Shown here piece after piece: positions 1 through 7,156 of a DNA stretch of 42,239 nt. The notes beneath the pieces were generated by a model, which was given only the letters and a program-made list of their open reading frames with translations, ran no database searches and was not told where the DNA came from. This stretch comes from a virus. Location: positions 1 to 42,239 of the IMG/VR virus record IMGVR_UViG_3300017698_000025; one strand, given 5' to 3'. The translations under genes were made by a program, and so were the position numbers. Numbering within the stretch: position 1 is the first letter of the stretch; the number at the start of each line of letters is the position of its first letter.

Positions 1-99
1 CGAGTCCGCGAACTCGGCCGCTGGAGCGTGGATCGTGCTGAACCCGGCGACGGTGCGGGGGACGTGGACGCCGATTACTGTCGGGACTACCACGACGTA
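1..99. repeat. 99-bp terminal direct repeat, copy 1 (identical to 42141..42239); circular-closure overlap
   Basis: The first 99 nt (cgagtccgcgaactcggccgctgg...gggactaccacgacgta) recur exactly as the last 99 nt of the window. Confidence 0.97.
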
Positions 100-424
100 T
101 GGGGTAGACAATGGCGGATGGTATCGGCGGGAAAGGGATATGGTCACGTTCGGCGGGATTTTCCAGATCAACTCAATAGGGGATGGCGACCCGGCTACGA
201 TGTCTGGGCTTCCATACAACGCTAAGGAGACGGGGCCTATTACGGTAAGCTTTTATGCCAACCTCGCTACTAGCGTAGTGAACGTGGGAGGGAGCATCCA
301 GGATGCCACCCCGCTTGTGAACTTTGTTGCGGCGACGGCCGCTGCGGTGTCCCTAGTTACCGTCAACATCCTTCAGAACAGTTCAATCATCCACGTCGCC
401 GGCTCCTACCCGGCCATCGACTGA
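1..424 (+). CDS. Tail fibre protein, C-terminal part (continues the CDS that starts at 41656 across the circular junction)
   Basis: Frame 2 is open from base 2 to the TGA at 422-424 and matches the frame of the ORF starting at 41656. Joined length after removing one repeat copy is 909 nt (302 aa). Sits directly upstream of the tailspike. Confidence 0.8.
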   Translation, partial: ESANSAAGAWIVLNPATVRGTWTPITVGTTTTYGVDNGGWYRRERDMVTFGGIFQINSIGDGDPATMSGLPYNAKETGPITVSFYANLATSVVNVGGSIQDATPLVNFVAATAAAVSLVTVNILQNSSIIHVAGSYPAID

Positions 425-1809
425 TGTCAGACCTGACACCCTTGGACTTCGGCGCGGTTCCCGGCACGGACTGCTCGACGGCCATCGACGCGGCGGCGGC
501 CGCTGCAGACACGTTCGGGGTGCCTCTGGTCATCCCGCCAGAGACGTTCTTCTATTCAAACCCTACAGGTTTCCGGCATACTGTCGGTGGCAGCATAAAG
601 ATTGTCGGGAAGCACCAGACACGATCAATCATCAAAGCTGACAGTTCTGTGACCTATACGGGTCCTCTCATCGGGTTATGGCAAGATGGCGACGAAGTTT
701 CAAACCTGACAATAGACCAAGACGGTGCCCCTATAACGTCTGGATGGGGGGCTCTTACCTTTGGCGGAGACGATTTTAAGGCGTTGGACGTGAACATTGA
801 ACGGTTCACGCAATTCGGGATTACCGGCGACAGCGTCAAATATGGGACTATAGAGGGCGGCCGGCAGCGTATGCACACGCCGACAGGCGCGCACGTCAAC
901 CACGCCATCAATATCGCGTCTACTGTTACGATGTCAGAAGGCATCAACATTTCCAGAACGCGGTCATTTGGGTCTGGAGTGATCGTCCAGGCGCTTAGGT
1001 GCAACCTGGATAAGATGCTCGTTGACGGGACGCATTACGGAGCCGGCGTCGTCACGGCCGGAGGCGATACCTACGGAGAAGGTGGCGGGCACCATGTGAC
1101 TGATGCGACGTGCATCAACGGTGTGGGGCAGGACAGCGATGGAACGTGGGTGATGGGGTTCGAGGCGAGCTGCTGGTCGTCCACCTACACGGGCTGTCAC
1201 GGGCTGTTCAACTCCGGCGCCGGGTTCGGGATCATCGGGAAAAGCCAAACGTTCCTCGGGTGCGACGGTAGCGGTAACGGAGTCTCAGGCCACGATGGTA
1301 TCGGGTTCAAGATCGTCCGTGGCAGCGTTCATCAGGCGACCGACCTTATGATCCGCTCGTGTCGTGGCCGCGACTTCGGGGCGGAAACGCAGATGTTCGG
1401 CGCTTACATGCACAGCACGGACGAACTCCGGTTCCATGGCATATCGTTCGCCGACAACGATTTCCGCCACAACGTGATGAGCGACGTTTACGGCGAAATC
1501 TACGTCTATGGGACGACCAAGGCCGAGTCGATCATGTCGTTCCGTGGGCGCCGAATGGCGTTCTCCGCTGCGTGGCCTGCGGTCAGCATCGCTCCCGGTG
1601 GGTCGTATGCGCTTGCCGTCACGGCACCGGGCGCGTTCCCGGATGACAGCGTGGCGGGCATCGACTTCGGAACGTCGCTAAGCGGGATGACTGAAACCGG
1701 CTATATCGAGTCGATCAATCTCATGGTCATCGTGGTGGCGAACAACACAGCCACGACAAAGACCATGCCAGCGAATACCGTGTGGGCTCACGTCGAGCAG
1801 GCTCCGTAG
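424..1809 (+). CDS. Tailspike / polysaccharide depolymerase-like protein (pectate-lyase-type right-handed beta-helix)
   Basis: 461 aa. The N-terminus LDFGAVPGTDCSTAIDAAAAAA resembles the start of pectate-lyase-superfamily tailspikes. Gly/Asn/Thr-rich repetitive body. TGATG overlap with the tail-fibre stop. Confidence 0.7.
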   Translation: MSDLTPLDFGAVPGTDCSTAIDAAAAAADTFGVPLVIPPETFFYSNPTGFRHTVGGSIKIVGKHQTRSIIKADSSVTYTGPLIGLWQDGDEVSNLTIDQDGAPITSGWGALTFGGDDFKALDVNIERFTQFGITGDSVKYGTIEGGRQRMHTPTGAHVNHAINIASTVTMSEGINISRTRSFGSGVIVQALRCNLDKMLVDGTHYGAGVVTAGGDTYGEGGGHHVTDATCINGVGQDSDGTWVMGFEASCWSSTYTGCHGLFNSGAGFGIIGKSQTFLGCDGSGNGVSGHDGIGFKIVRGSVHQATDLMIRSCRGRDFGAETQMFGAYMHSTDELRFHGISFADNDFRHNVMSDVYGEIYVYGTTKAESIMSFRGRRMAFSAAWPAVSIAPGGSYALAVTAPGAFPDDSVAGIDFGTSLSGMTETGYIESINLMVIVVANNTATTKTMPANTVWAHVEQAP

Positions 1810-1817
1810 GAGGAGAC

Positions 1818-2657
1818 ATGAAAACGTCTGCACTCGGAACGTCATTCATCGCCGCGCACGAGGGGGTCGTCCTTAAGGCGTATCCCGACCCGGCTACAGG
1901 TGGGGACCCGTGGACCATCGGCGTGGGTCATACATCATTGGCCGGCTTGCCTATGGTGGTGCCCGGTATGACCATCACGCGAGGGCAGGCGTTTGAGATT
2001 CTTGCGCGCGATCTTGGGACGTTCGAGGTTGCCGTGAGAACCGCCGTGCGAGTTCCCCTGACACAGAACGAATTCGATGCGCTGGTGTCGTTCACGTTCA
2101 ACGTCGGCGGTGGGAACCTTCGGAGGTCGACGCTGCTGAGAAAACTTAACGCCGGTGACAAGGCTGGAGCCGCTGCCGAGTCCATGAAATGGAACAAGGC
2201 CGGGAAGCCCCCGAGTGTGATGGCTGGGCTAACCCGGCGCCGCGCCGAAGAGAAATCGCTGTTTCTCCATGGCGACTATGCAGGGGTCACGACCGATATC
2301 CGCGTTCCTGACCCCCGTGCACTTCTGAAGCGTGGATCTACCGGTAAGGACGTTTCAGATCTCCAGACGAAACTGAAGAAGCTTGGATACAACATAACCG
2401 TTGACGGTGCGTTCGGCGGGGAGACAGAGGACGCCGTGAACCATTTCCAGGTTTCGCGAGGTCTGACAGTGGACGGGAAGGTTGGTAAGGCGACGAAGGC
2501 GGCTCTCGCCGAAGCGCTGGACAAGCCTGCTGACGCCGATGAAAACCCGCAGGAACCAGTCGAGCCCAAGGTCACCGAGGGCACCAAAGGAACGATGGTC
2601 GGCGCCGCTCTCGTCGGCCTCGGGACGTGGATCGCGCACGCGCTAGGGTGGTTGTGA
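1818..2657 (+). CDS. Endolysin: GH24 (T4/lambda-type) lysozyme plus PG_binding_1 domain plus C-terminal hydrophobic helix
   Basis: AGGAGGAG RBS then ATG at 1818. FIAAHEGVVLKAYPD...WTIGVGHT is the GH24 catalytic motif. GSTGKDVSDLQTKLKKLGYNITVDGAFGGETEDAVNHFQ matches a peptidoglycan-binding repeat. The last 20 aa (MVGAALVGLGTWIAHALGWL) are hydrophobic. Confidence 0.9.
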   Translation: MKTSALGTSFIAAHEGVVLKAYPDPATGGDPWTIGVGHTSLAGLPMVVPGMTITRGQAFEILARDLGTFEVAVRTAVRVPLTQNEFDALVSFTFNVGGGNLRRSTLLRKLNAGDKAGAAAESMKWNKAGKPPSVMAGLTRRRAEEKSLFLHGDYAGVTTDIRVPDPRALLKRGSTGKDVSDLQTKLKKLGYNITVDGAFGGETEDAVNHFQVSRGLTVDGKVGKATKAALAEALDKPADADENPQEPVEPKVTEGTKGTMVGAALVGLGTWIAHALGWL

Positions 2658-2884
2658 TGACGGAATATGTGACCCAGCCTGACAGTTTCCCGACCCGCAA
2701 GGTCACGGCGGCCACGCTTGGCGCTTCGGTCGGCGCGGCGCTGTCTCAGATCATCGTCAACGTGATCGATGCGCATGTGCCTCTGCTGGCCGGTGCCGAT
2801 GTCGCTGCGCTGATCTACACCGTAGTTCCGGGCCTCGTGGCGTATGGTCTCGGATGGTTCGTGAAGGAGCGCGCGAAATTATGA
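2657..2884 (+). CDS. Holin candidate (two transmembrane segments)
   Basis: 75 aa. Two hydrophobic stretches (VTAATLGASVGAALSQIIVNVI and VAALIYTVVPGLVAYGLGWFV) and a charged C-terminus KERAKL. The ATG overlaps the endolysin TGA (GTGATGA). Confidence 0.7.
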   Translation: MTEYVTQPDSFPTRKVTAATLGASVGAALSQIIVNVIDAHVPLLAGADVAALIYTVVPGLVAYGLGWFVKERAKL

Positions 2885-3132
2885 TCGCTTTCGTCCTCTC
2901 GCGCGTTGGTATCTGGGGGGCTGGGGCAGCCGCGCTCGCTGCTGTCGTGGCGGCATTCGCCGGGTACCATGCCGGTGGGTTCGTCACGGAGAAGACGTGC
3001 CGGGCGGACCTGATCGCAGAAATCAACGAGGCAACCAATGTCGACATCGAAAAGGCTCTTGAAGCTGGGCGGCGTGCTGAGCGCGATTACGATGCTGGCC
3101 GCGTGCCAGACGACCCGTACCGCCGTGACTAG
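2881..3132 (+). CDS. i-spanin (Rz-like inner-membrane spanin subunit)
   Basis: 83 aa. N-terminal TM (IWGAGAAALAAVVAAFAGY) followed by a charged helical periplasmic part. ATGA overlap with the holin stop. Contains the o-spanin start in its +1 frame. Confidence 0.75.
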   Translation: MIAFVLSRVGIWGAGAAALAAVVAAFAGYHAGGFVTEKTCRADLIAEINEATNVDIEKALEAGRRAERDYDAGRVPDDPYRRD

Positions 3133-3241
3133 CAACGGTTGCACGGTGTTCGGCCCCATCACCTATTCGTCCGGGGACCACCCAGCCACGGTCCGTCAGG
3201 TCGTCGTCCACAACGCCAAATATGACGGTCTGTGCAAATGA
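3038..3241 (+). CDS. o-spanin (Rz1-like outer-membrane lipoprotein), overlapped architecture
   Basis: 67 aa. Signal peptide with lipobox L-A-A-C (MSTSKRLLKLGGVLSAITMLAAC). Starts inside the i-spanin gene in the +1 frame and extends beyond it. Confidence 0.8.
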   Translation: MSTSKRLLKLGGVLSAITMLAACQTTRTAVTSNGCTVFGPITYSSGDHPATVRQVVVHNAKYDGLCK

Positions 3242-3588
3242 CCGAGGTGGAAGCCGTGCAGCTTGAAACCCGCGTCCAAATGATCATTGCGCGCTGGGCC
3301 GGGGCTATCCTGCTGTCTTGCGGCGCCGGGTTTCTCATCCTGATCTGGCAGGCATCGGAATGGGTATCGGTGACGAACCAGCGGCTCGGACAGCTGGAGA
3401 ACGTCTCACGCTCTATCGACGTGGTGGAGGAGGCCGCGAACACGAATGCTAAGTCTCTGGTGAAAGTCGGGCAGCAGTGGGAGGGGGTGGATCGACGCCT
3501 CAACAACATGGAGGCGTCGACCGACCGGATTATCACGATCCTGCTAGATCAGAACCGCAGGGCTGAGAAGGATGTGGACGGGCGCTAG
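3238..3588 (+). CDS. Membrane-anchored coiled-coil protein, unknown function (last gene of the lysis cassette and late operon)
   Basis: 116 aa. ATGA overlap with the o-spanin stop. One TM (WAGAILLSCGAGFLILIW) followed by a heptad-like helical region. Confidence 0.65.
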   Translation: MTEVEAVQLETRVQMIIARWAGAILLSCGAGFLILIWQASEWVSVTNQRLGQLENVSRSIDVVEEAANTNAKSLVKVGQQWEGVDRRLNNMEASTDRIITILLDQNRRAEKDVDGR

Positions 3589-3598
3589 GGCTCTGTAC

Positions 3599-3784
3599 TT
3601 ATTCATTCGGCTCTGCGCTGATTGGACTATCGTATTCCCACTCGATAAGCTCATCCCCTGTCGACTCCATTATAATGTCCATGGCCTTCGCCTTCAACAT
3701 GGCTTCGTCGCGAGAGGACGCGGTCACGTATCCCCAAGCTCGCCCGGTGATGCTAAATAGCACTGCATACTCTTTCTGCTCCAT
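3599..3784 (-). CDS. Hypothetical protein
   Basis: 61 aa. The ATG overlaps the RecT stop (GTGATGG context). Last gene of the leftward recombination operon. Confidence 0.55.
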   Translation of the reverse strand: MEQKEYAVLFSITGRAWGYVTASSRDEAMLKAKAMDIIMESTGDELIEWEYDSPISAEPNE

Positions 3785-4647
3785 CACATCACGTCCTCGT
3801 AATCAGCGTCTTCCGGCTCGGGGCCGTCGCTGTCCACGCCGTAGTCGTTCGGCTCCGCATCCGGGGTCTCATCCACCGGCTCGGCCGGTGTCGTGTCCTC
3901 AATCGCCTGCTCGATGCGCTTCTTCGGCCGGCCACGCTTCGCAGGCGCGGGTTCCTCGGTCGCGTCGATCACCGGGCCAGCGCCTTCCTCGGGGCTCCAC
4001 AGCGGCTCGTCACGCTCCAGAACTTCCGACAGGCCGTCCCGGTCCGTGGACTGCGGCAGGTACTTCGATAGGCGACGCAGGACCGTCTTGCGGGCCATCT
4101 CCGACCACCACGTTTGCCACGGGCCGGCGTTCTTTGCCCGGCTGACGTTGCGGACTTCCTCGACTTCCTCGACGGACATCACCTCACGCTGAACGGAGCC
4201 GTCCTTCAGGTGCGCCACCGCATACACGGCGATGGGCTTGCCGCGCTTCTGGAGCGTCGGACGATGTACGATCCGCTCGCTATCGCCCAGCTCATATGTG
4301 AAGTCGTCGCCCTCGTAGACGACGTGCGCCGCGATGGTCGAAAGTTCTCCGGAGTTGCGGACCTTCTTCAGAACGCCAGCCACCATCGGCATGTACTGGA
4401 CCTGCTTGCCGAACACGACCAGCGCGGCCTCGCGACCGTCCGGCAGAAGCCCGTCCTGAGCCGCACGGATGCACGACTGGAATAGCGACGTGCGGTCAGC
4501 CTGAAGCAGGGCCGGCGCCTGCTGGATTGCCGTGATGGCGACGCGCTGGAACTTCTCCACGCTGATGTGCGGCGGGAGAGCGGCCGTGAACTGCGGCGTC
4601 ATCTGTTCGAGGGAGTTCTTGACCTGGGCGACTAGTTCTCTGGACAT
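3784..4647 (-). CDS. recT: RecT-family single-strand annealing recombinase
   Basis: Start at MSRELVAQ (ATG at 4647) with a GAGG RBS, 8 nt after the upstream stop. Family-typical motifs: LPPHISVEKFQRVAITAIQQ, DGREAALVVFG, VVYEGDDFTY, AVYAVAHLKDG, GPWQTWWSEMARKTVLRRLSKYLP. Acidic C-terminal tail. Confidence 0.9.
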   Translation of the reverse strand: MSRELVAQVKNSLEQMTPQFTAALPPHISVEKFQRVAITAIQQAPALLQADRTSLFQSCIRAAQDGLLPDGREAALVVFGKQVQYMPMVAGVLKKVRNSGELSTIAAHVVYEGDDFTYELGDSERIVHRPTLQKRGKPIAVYAVAHLKDGSVQREVMSVEEVEEVRNVSRAKNAGPWQTWWSEMARKTVLRRLSKYLPQSTDRDGLSEVLERDEPLWSPEEGAGPVIDATEEPAPAKRGRPKKRIEQAIEDTTPAEPVDETPDAEPNDYGVDSDGPEPEDADYEDVM

Positions 4648-4654
4648 GTGTGCC

Positions 4655-4843
4655 TCACTGGTTGGTGGATTCGAGGGCGGAGAGTAGAACATCGGTAGCG
4701 CGGACGGCCTCGACGGCTATCTCCACAAGCGTCAGTTCGTCAGTCTCAGGCGACGCCACGAGAGGGGCAAAGACATGCGTCGCGATGTACTCGCGCTTGG
4801 TGAGGCCGGTCGGGAACGCGCATTCGTCTCCAAGCTTGCTCAT
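4655..4843 (-). CDS. Hypothetical protein
   Basis: 62-aa ORF fitting tightly between neighbouring leftward genes. Confidence 0.5.
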   Translation of the reverse strand: MSKLGDECAFPTGLTKREYIATHVFAPLVASPETDELTLVEIAVEAVRATDVLLSALESTNQ

Positions 4844-4852
4844 CTCAAAGCC

Positions 4853-5056
4853 TCACTGGTTTCCGTGGTTGATATCTGCGCGGACGAATGCGCCCTGACG
4901 CAGCAGGTTCAGGATCGTGTTCAGTTTCATCGACACGACGAACGACGGGTGACACGGCCGGCCGTGCAGCATGACGTATTTCTGCCGGGTCACGTCCTCG
5001 ATCAGAAATGATGGGTCCCGGTACGGCTGGCCGAGTTTGTATTTTCGGGGTCTCAC
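4853..5056 (-). CDS. Hypothetical protein
   Basis: 67 aa. The GTG start overlaps the exonuclease stop (GTGA). Confidence 0.45.
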   Translation of the reverse strand: MRPRKYKLGQPYRDPSFLIEDVTRQKYVMLHGRPCHPSFVVSMKLNTILNLLRQGAFVRADINHGNQ

Positions 5057-5973
5057 AGATTGGCCTTCTTCTGCGTAATCCGCATGTTCCGGTACGCCTT
5101 CCGAGTGTACGACACTTCGGTCTCTGCCACGGTGCCAGCGCTGATCCGGAACCCGGTCGTCTCGGCCTTTGCGCAGTCACCGACCATCGTCAGGAGTTCG
5201 GCCGACGCGGCCTTCTTCTCTGACTCGGCGGAGCGCGCCACGGCAGCGGCGGCCTCATACTGGCGGCATAGTTCCTCCGCGCGGTTGCTGGTCCGGAGAT
5301 CCTGAAACGTGTCGGGCGTGCTGTCCACGTATAGCCGCCGCACTGCGTCCGCGTCACGCGAGAAATCAGGCTCCGGCGCGAAACCTGCGTCAACGGATTT
5401 CCAGAACGCTTCGATGCGCTGGTTGATTGCTGCTCCTATGTCACGGTCACGCCCTCGGATAAACACCCGAGGCGCGTTCCCGCCGATCAGAACGCCGATG
5501 GCTCCCCATGCGCGGTCGGACACCTCCAGCTGGTGCTGCAACTGGAACTCGATGTGCGTCGGTGCCTCGCCTTCCTCCTCGTCGTCGATCCATGCTCGTT
5601 TGAACTGGATGAAATCGACGTTCTTGATCTCCAGAATGCCAGGACCGCGAACAGGGCACGTCACGCTGAAATCGAAGCTGGCGCCCATGCGTGTGACCGT
5701 CGAGTGCCGCATGTACTCCTTCAACGGCTCGCACTTCCACCCGTTGTCCTCCGCGATGCCGGCCGCGATCACCGGCTCCAGCCGCTTACCCCAGACCATG
5801 CGCTCGTTATCGGCAACGTGGATCTGCTGCCTGTCGCGCTTGGCGTGCCACAGTTCGAACTGCGTGACATACGGGCTGGCGTTGAACAGCGCGGCCGACT
5901 CCGTGCTCGTGATGTCGTGCGTGCGGAGTTCGAGCCACTGCTGTTCGGTCAGGTATGGGATGGTGATGGGCAT
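5053..5973 (-). CDS. YqaJ / lambda-Exo-type PD-(D/E)XK recombination exonuclease
   Basis: Start at MPITIPYLTEQQW (ATG at 5973) with a GAGGA RBS. Motifs: TSTESAALF..SPYVTQFELW, GASFDF, GILEIKNV (E-x-K). Paired with RecT in the same operon. Confidence 0.85.
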   Translation of the reverse strand: MPITIPYLTEQQWLELRTHDITSTESAALFNASPYVTQFELWHAKRDRQQIHVADNERMVWGKRLEPVIAAGIAEDNGWKCEPLKEYMRHSTVTRMGASFDFSVTCPVRGPGILEIKNVDFIQFKRAWIDDEEEGEAPTHIEFQLQHQLEVSDRAWGAIGVLIGGNAPRVFIRGRDRDIGAAINQRIEAFWKSVDAGFAPEPDFSRDADAVRRLYVDSTPDTFQDLRTSNRAEELCRQYEAAAAVARSAESEKKAASAELLTMVGDCAKAETTGFRISAGTVAETEVSYTRKAYRNMRITQKKANL

Positions 5974-5993
5974 GTTTATTATCCTCACTTCAC

Positions 5994-6027
5994 GTCCCCA
6001 ATATACGGACGACGGAAAATCAGTCAA
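5994..6027 (-). promoter_or_regulatory. Leftward sigma70-like promoter with a 17-bp palindromic operator over the -10 (recombination operon)
   Basis: The minus strand reads TTGACT(6027-6022)-N16-TATATT(6005-6000). Operator GTCCGTATATTGGGGAC lies at 6010-5994. The start codon of the first gene is at 5973. Confidence 0.7.
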
Positions 6028-6031
6028 CCCC

Positions 6032-6066
6032 TTGACGCGGATAATTCACGTCCATAATATGGGGAC
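6032..6066 (+). promoter_or_regulatory. Rightward sigma70-like promoter with a 17-bp palindromic operator over the -10 (regulation/replication operon)
   Basis: TTGACG(6032-6037)-N17-TAATAT(6055-6060). Operator GTCCATAATATGGGGAC at 6050-6066. The two -35 boxes are back to back, 4 bp apart (AGTCAAccccTTGACG). Confidence 0.7.
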
Positions 6067-6094
6067 GTACACAGAGAGAGGCCCAGCACCGTCC

Positions 6095-6316
6095 ATGAGA
6101 TCACCGGCAGACATCGTCATCGAGACATGGGGCACCGTGCGCGCTACGGCACGTCGCCTCGGGTACTCGAAATCATACGTTCACAGCTGGCAAACACGCC
6201 GGCAGGGGGAGCGCGTCGGGTGCATCCCGCAAGAGGCAATCGACCGGGCGCTGACTGCCGCGCGCGAGGACGGAATCAAGCTGACGCTGGAGCAGCTGCA
6301 TTATGGAGAGGTATGA
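6095..6316 (+). CDS. Cro/YdaS-like helix-turn-helix regulator
   Basis: 73 aa. First ATG downstream of the predicted transcript start, with AGAGAGAGG upstream. HTH segment TVRATARRLGYSKSYVHSWQ. Confidence 0.7.
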   Translation: MRSPADIVIETWGTVRATARRLGYSKSYVHSWQTRRQGERVGCIPQEAIDRALTAAREDGIKLTLEQLHYGEV

Positions 6317-6531
6317 TGGGGTTGTTTGATGGGATTACGGGGCCTTTCTGGGGGCATGAGAACCTTCAGAACCGGTATGAACTGGATCGTCAGGCTCAAC
6401 TGTATGCCCAGCCTCAGATATGGCAAAGCTACACGCCACCCGCACGGAGCCGCCTGCACAACCTTCGCTCCTACCGGGCGCGCATCATCCTCCACTCCAA
6501 CCCATCAACCCGAGTCAGGCGCCAGACATGA
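6313..6531 (+). CDS. Hypothetical protein
   Basis: 72 aa. ATGA overlaps at both ends (with the Cro-like stop and with the next start) suggest translational coupling. No recognisable motif. Confidence 0.45.
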   Translation: MMGLFDGITGPFWGHENLQNRYELDRQAQLYAQPQIWQSYTPPARSRLHNLRSYRARIILHSNPSTRVRRQT

Positions 6532-6845
6532 TCGCTTCATGCCCATGCTGCGGGCAGGCCGTTTCAGAGGCCATCCCGCTTGAACAGCTAGCAACGAGCG
6601 TATCTGGGCGCGTGCGGCTGGCGATCATGGACACCCTGATCAAGAACATCGGGAAGTGGACGACTTCAAGCCGCTTGGTTCAGGCTGTCTACCAAGACGC
6701 AAACGAAGAACCCGAGTACGCGGATAATACCATGCGCGTGACCATCCACCATATGCGCCCCATCATAAGGCAGTATGGCTGGGAGATCGTCGCTGTGAGA
6801 GGCGACGGGAAGGGCTACCAACTGCGTCCGGTCAGGGACGCGTGA
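6528..6845 (+). CDS. Standalone OmpR/PhoB-type winged-helix DNA-binding protein with an N-terminal CPCC motif
   Basis: Starts MIASCPCCGQ. The C-terminal part NTMRVTIHHMRPIIRQYGWEIVAVRGDGKGYQLRP matches the Trans_reg_C pattern (RV.ih.lR.k......I.tvrg.GY.L). Confidence 0.7.
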   Translation: MIASCPCCGQAVSEAIPLEQLATSVSGRVRLAIMDTLIKNIGKWTTSSRLVQAVYQDANEEPEYADNTMRVTIHHMRPIIRQYGWEIVAVRGDGKGYQLRPVRDA

Positions 6846-7156
6846 TGGCCCACTTTACCGCGATGGAATGGGAAATCGTAGCCTTCATGTCTGCAAGATA
6901 TGACCGGTGGTGTCGCGGTGATAAGATTGCGGCCCATCTATACCCAGAGGACCCACCGGAGACCGCAAGGACGGTGATCCGTGTCATGGTCCATCGAATA
7001 CGCCAGAAGATCGGCGTACTCGGGTATGAAATCCTGTCAGAGCGTGGATCCAACTCGCGCGGCTACAAACTGCGTCCGATCAGGAGGGATGATGAAACTT
7101 CGACCGTATCAGGCGCGCGACGTGGAGAGGATACGACAGGAGTTCAGGCACACTAG
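6845..7156 (+). CDS. Standalone OmpR/PhoB-type winged-helix DNA-binding protein (paralogue of 6528..6845)
   Basis: TARTVIRVMVHRIRQKIGVLGYEILSERGSNSRGYKLRP follows the same Trans_reg_C pattern. GTGATG overlap with the upstream stop. Confidence 0.7.
   Translation: MAHFTAMEWEIVAFMSARYDRWCRGDKIAAHLYPEDPPETARTVIRVMVHRIRQKIGVLGYEILSERGSNSRGYKLRPIRRDDETSTVSGARRGEDTTGVQAH

Noticed and set aside
1-424. Diversity-generating retroelement targeting the tail-fibre C-terminus or the LamG gene (24218-24949), as in BPP-1-like podoviruses.
   Set aside because: No reverse-transcriptase ORF (no YxDD motif protein) is present, and I could not see a template/variable repeat pair by eye. An exhaustive self-alignment was not possible, so a cryptic repeat is not strictly excluded.
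5309-6094. Upstream 262 codons of the 335-aa plus-strand ORF 5309-6316.
   Set aside because: This part is antisense to the well-supported exonuclease gene and lies upstream of the predicted rightward promoter. Only the last 73 codons (6095-6316, Cro-like HTH) are kept.
6127-6531. Long versions of the ORFs at 6127-6531, 6326-6583 and 6420-6845 from the ORF track.
   Set aside because: Their N-terminal parts are Arg/Pro/Ala-rich off-frame readings of neighbouring genes. The shorter starts at 6313 and 6528 are preferred because they overlap the upstream stops (ATGA). 6326-6583 has no support.
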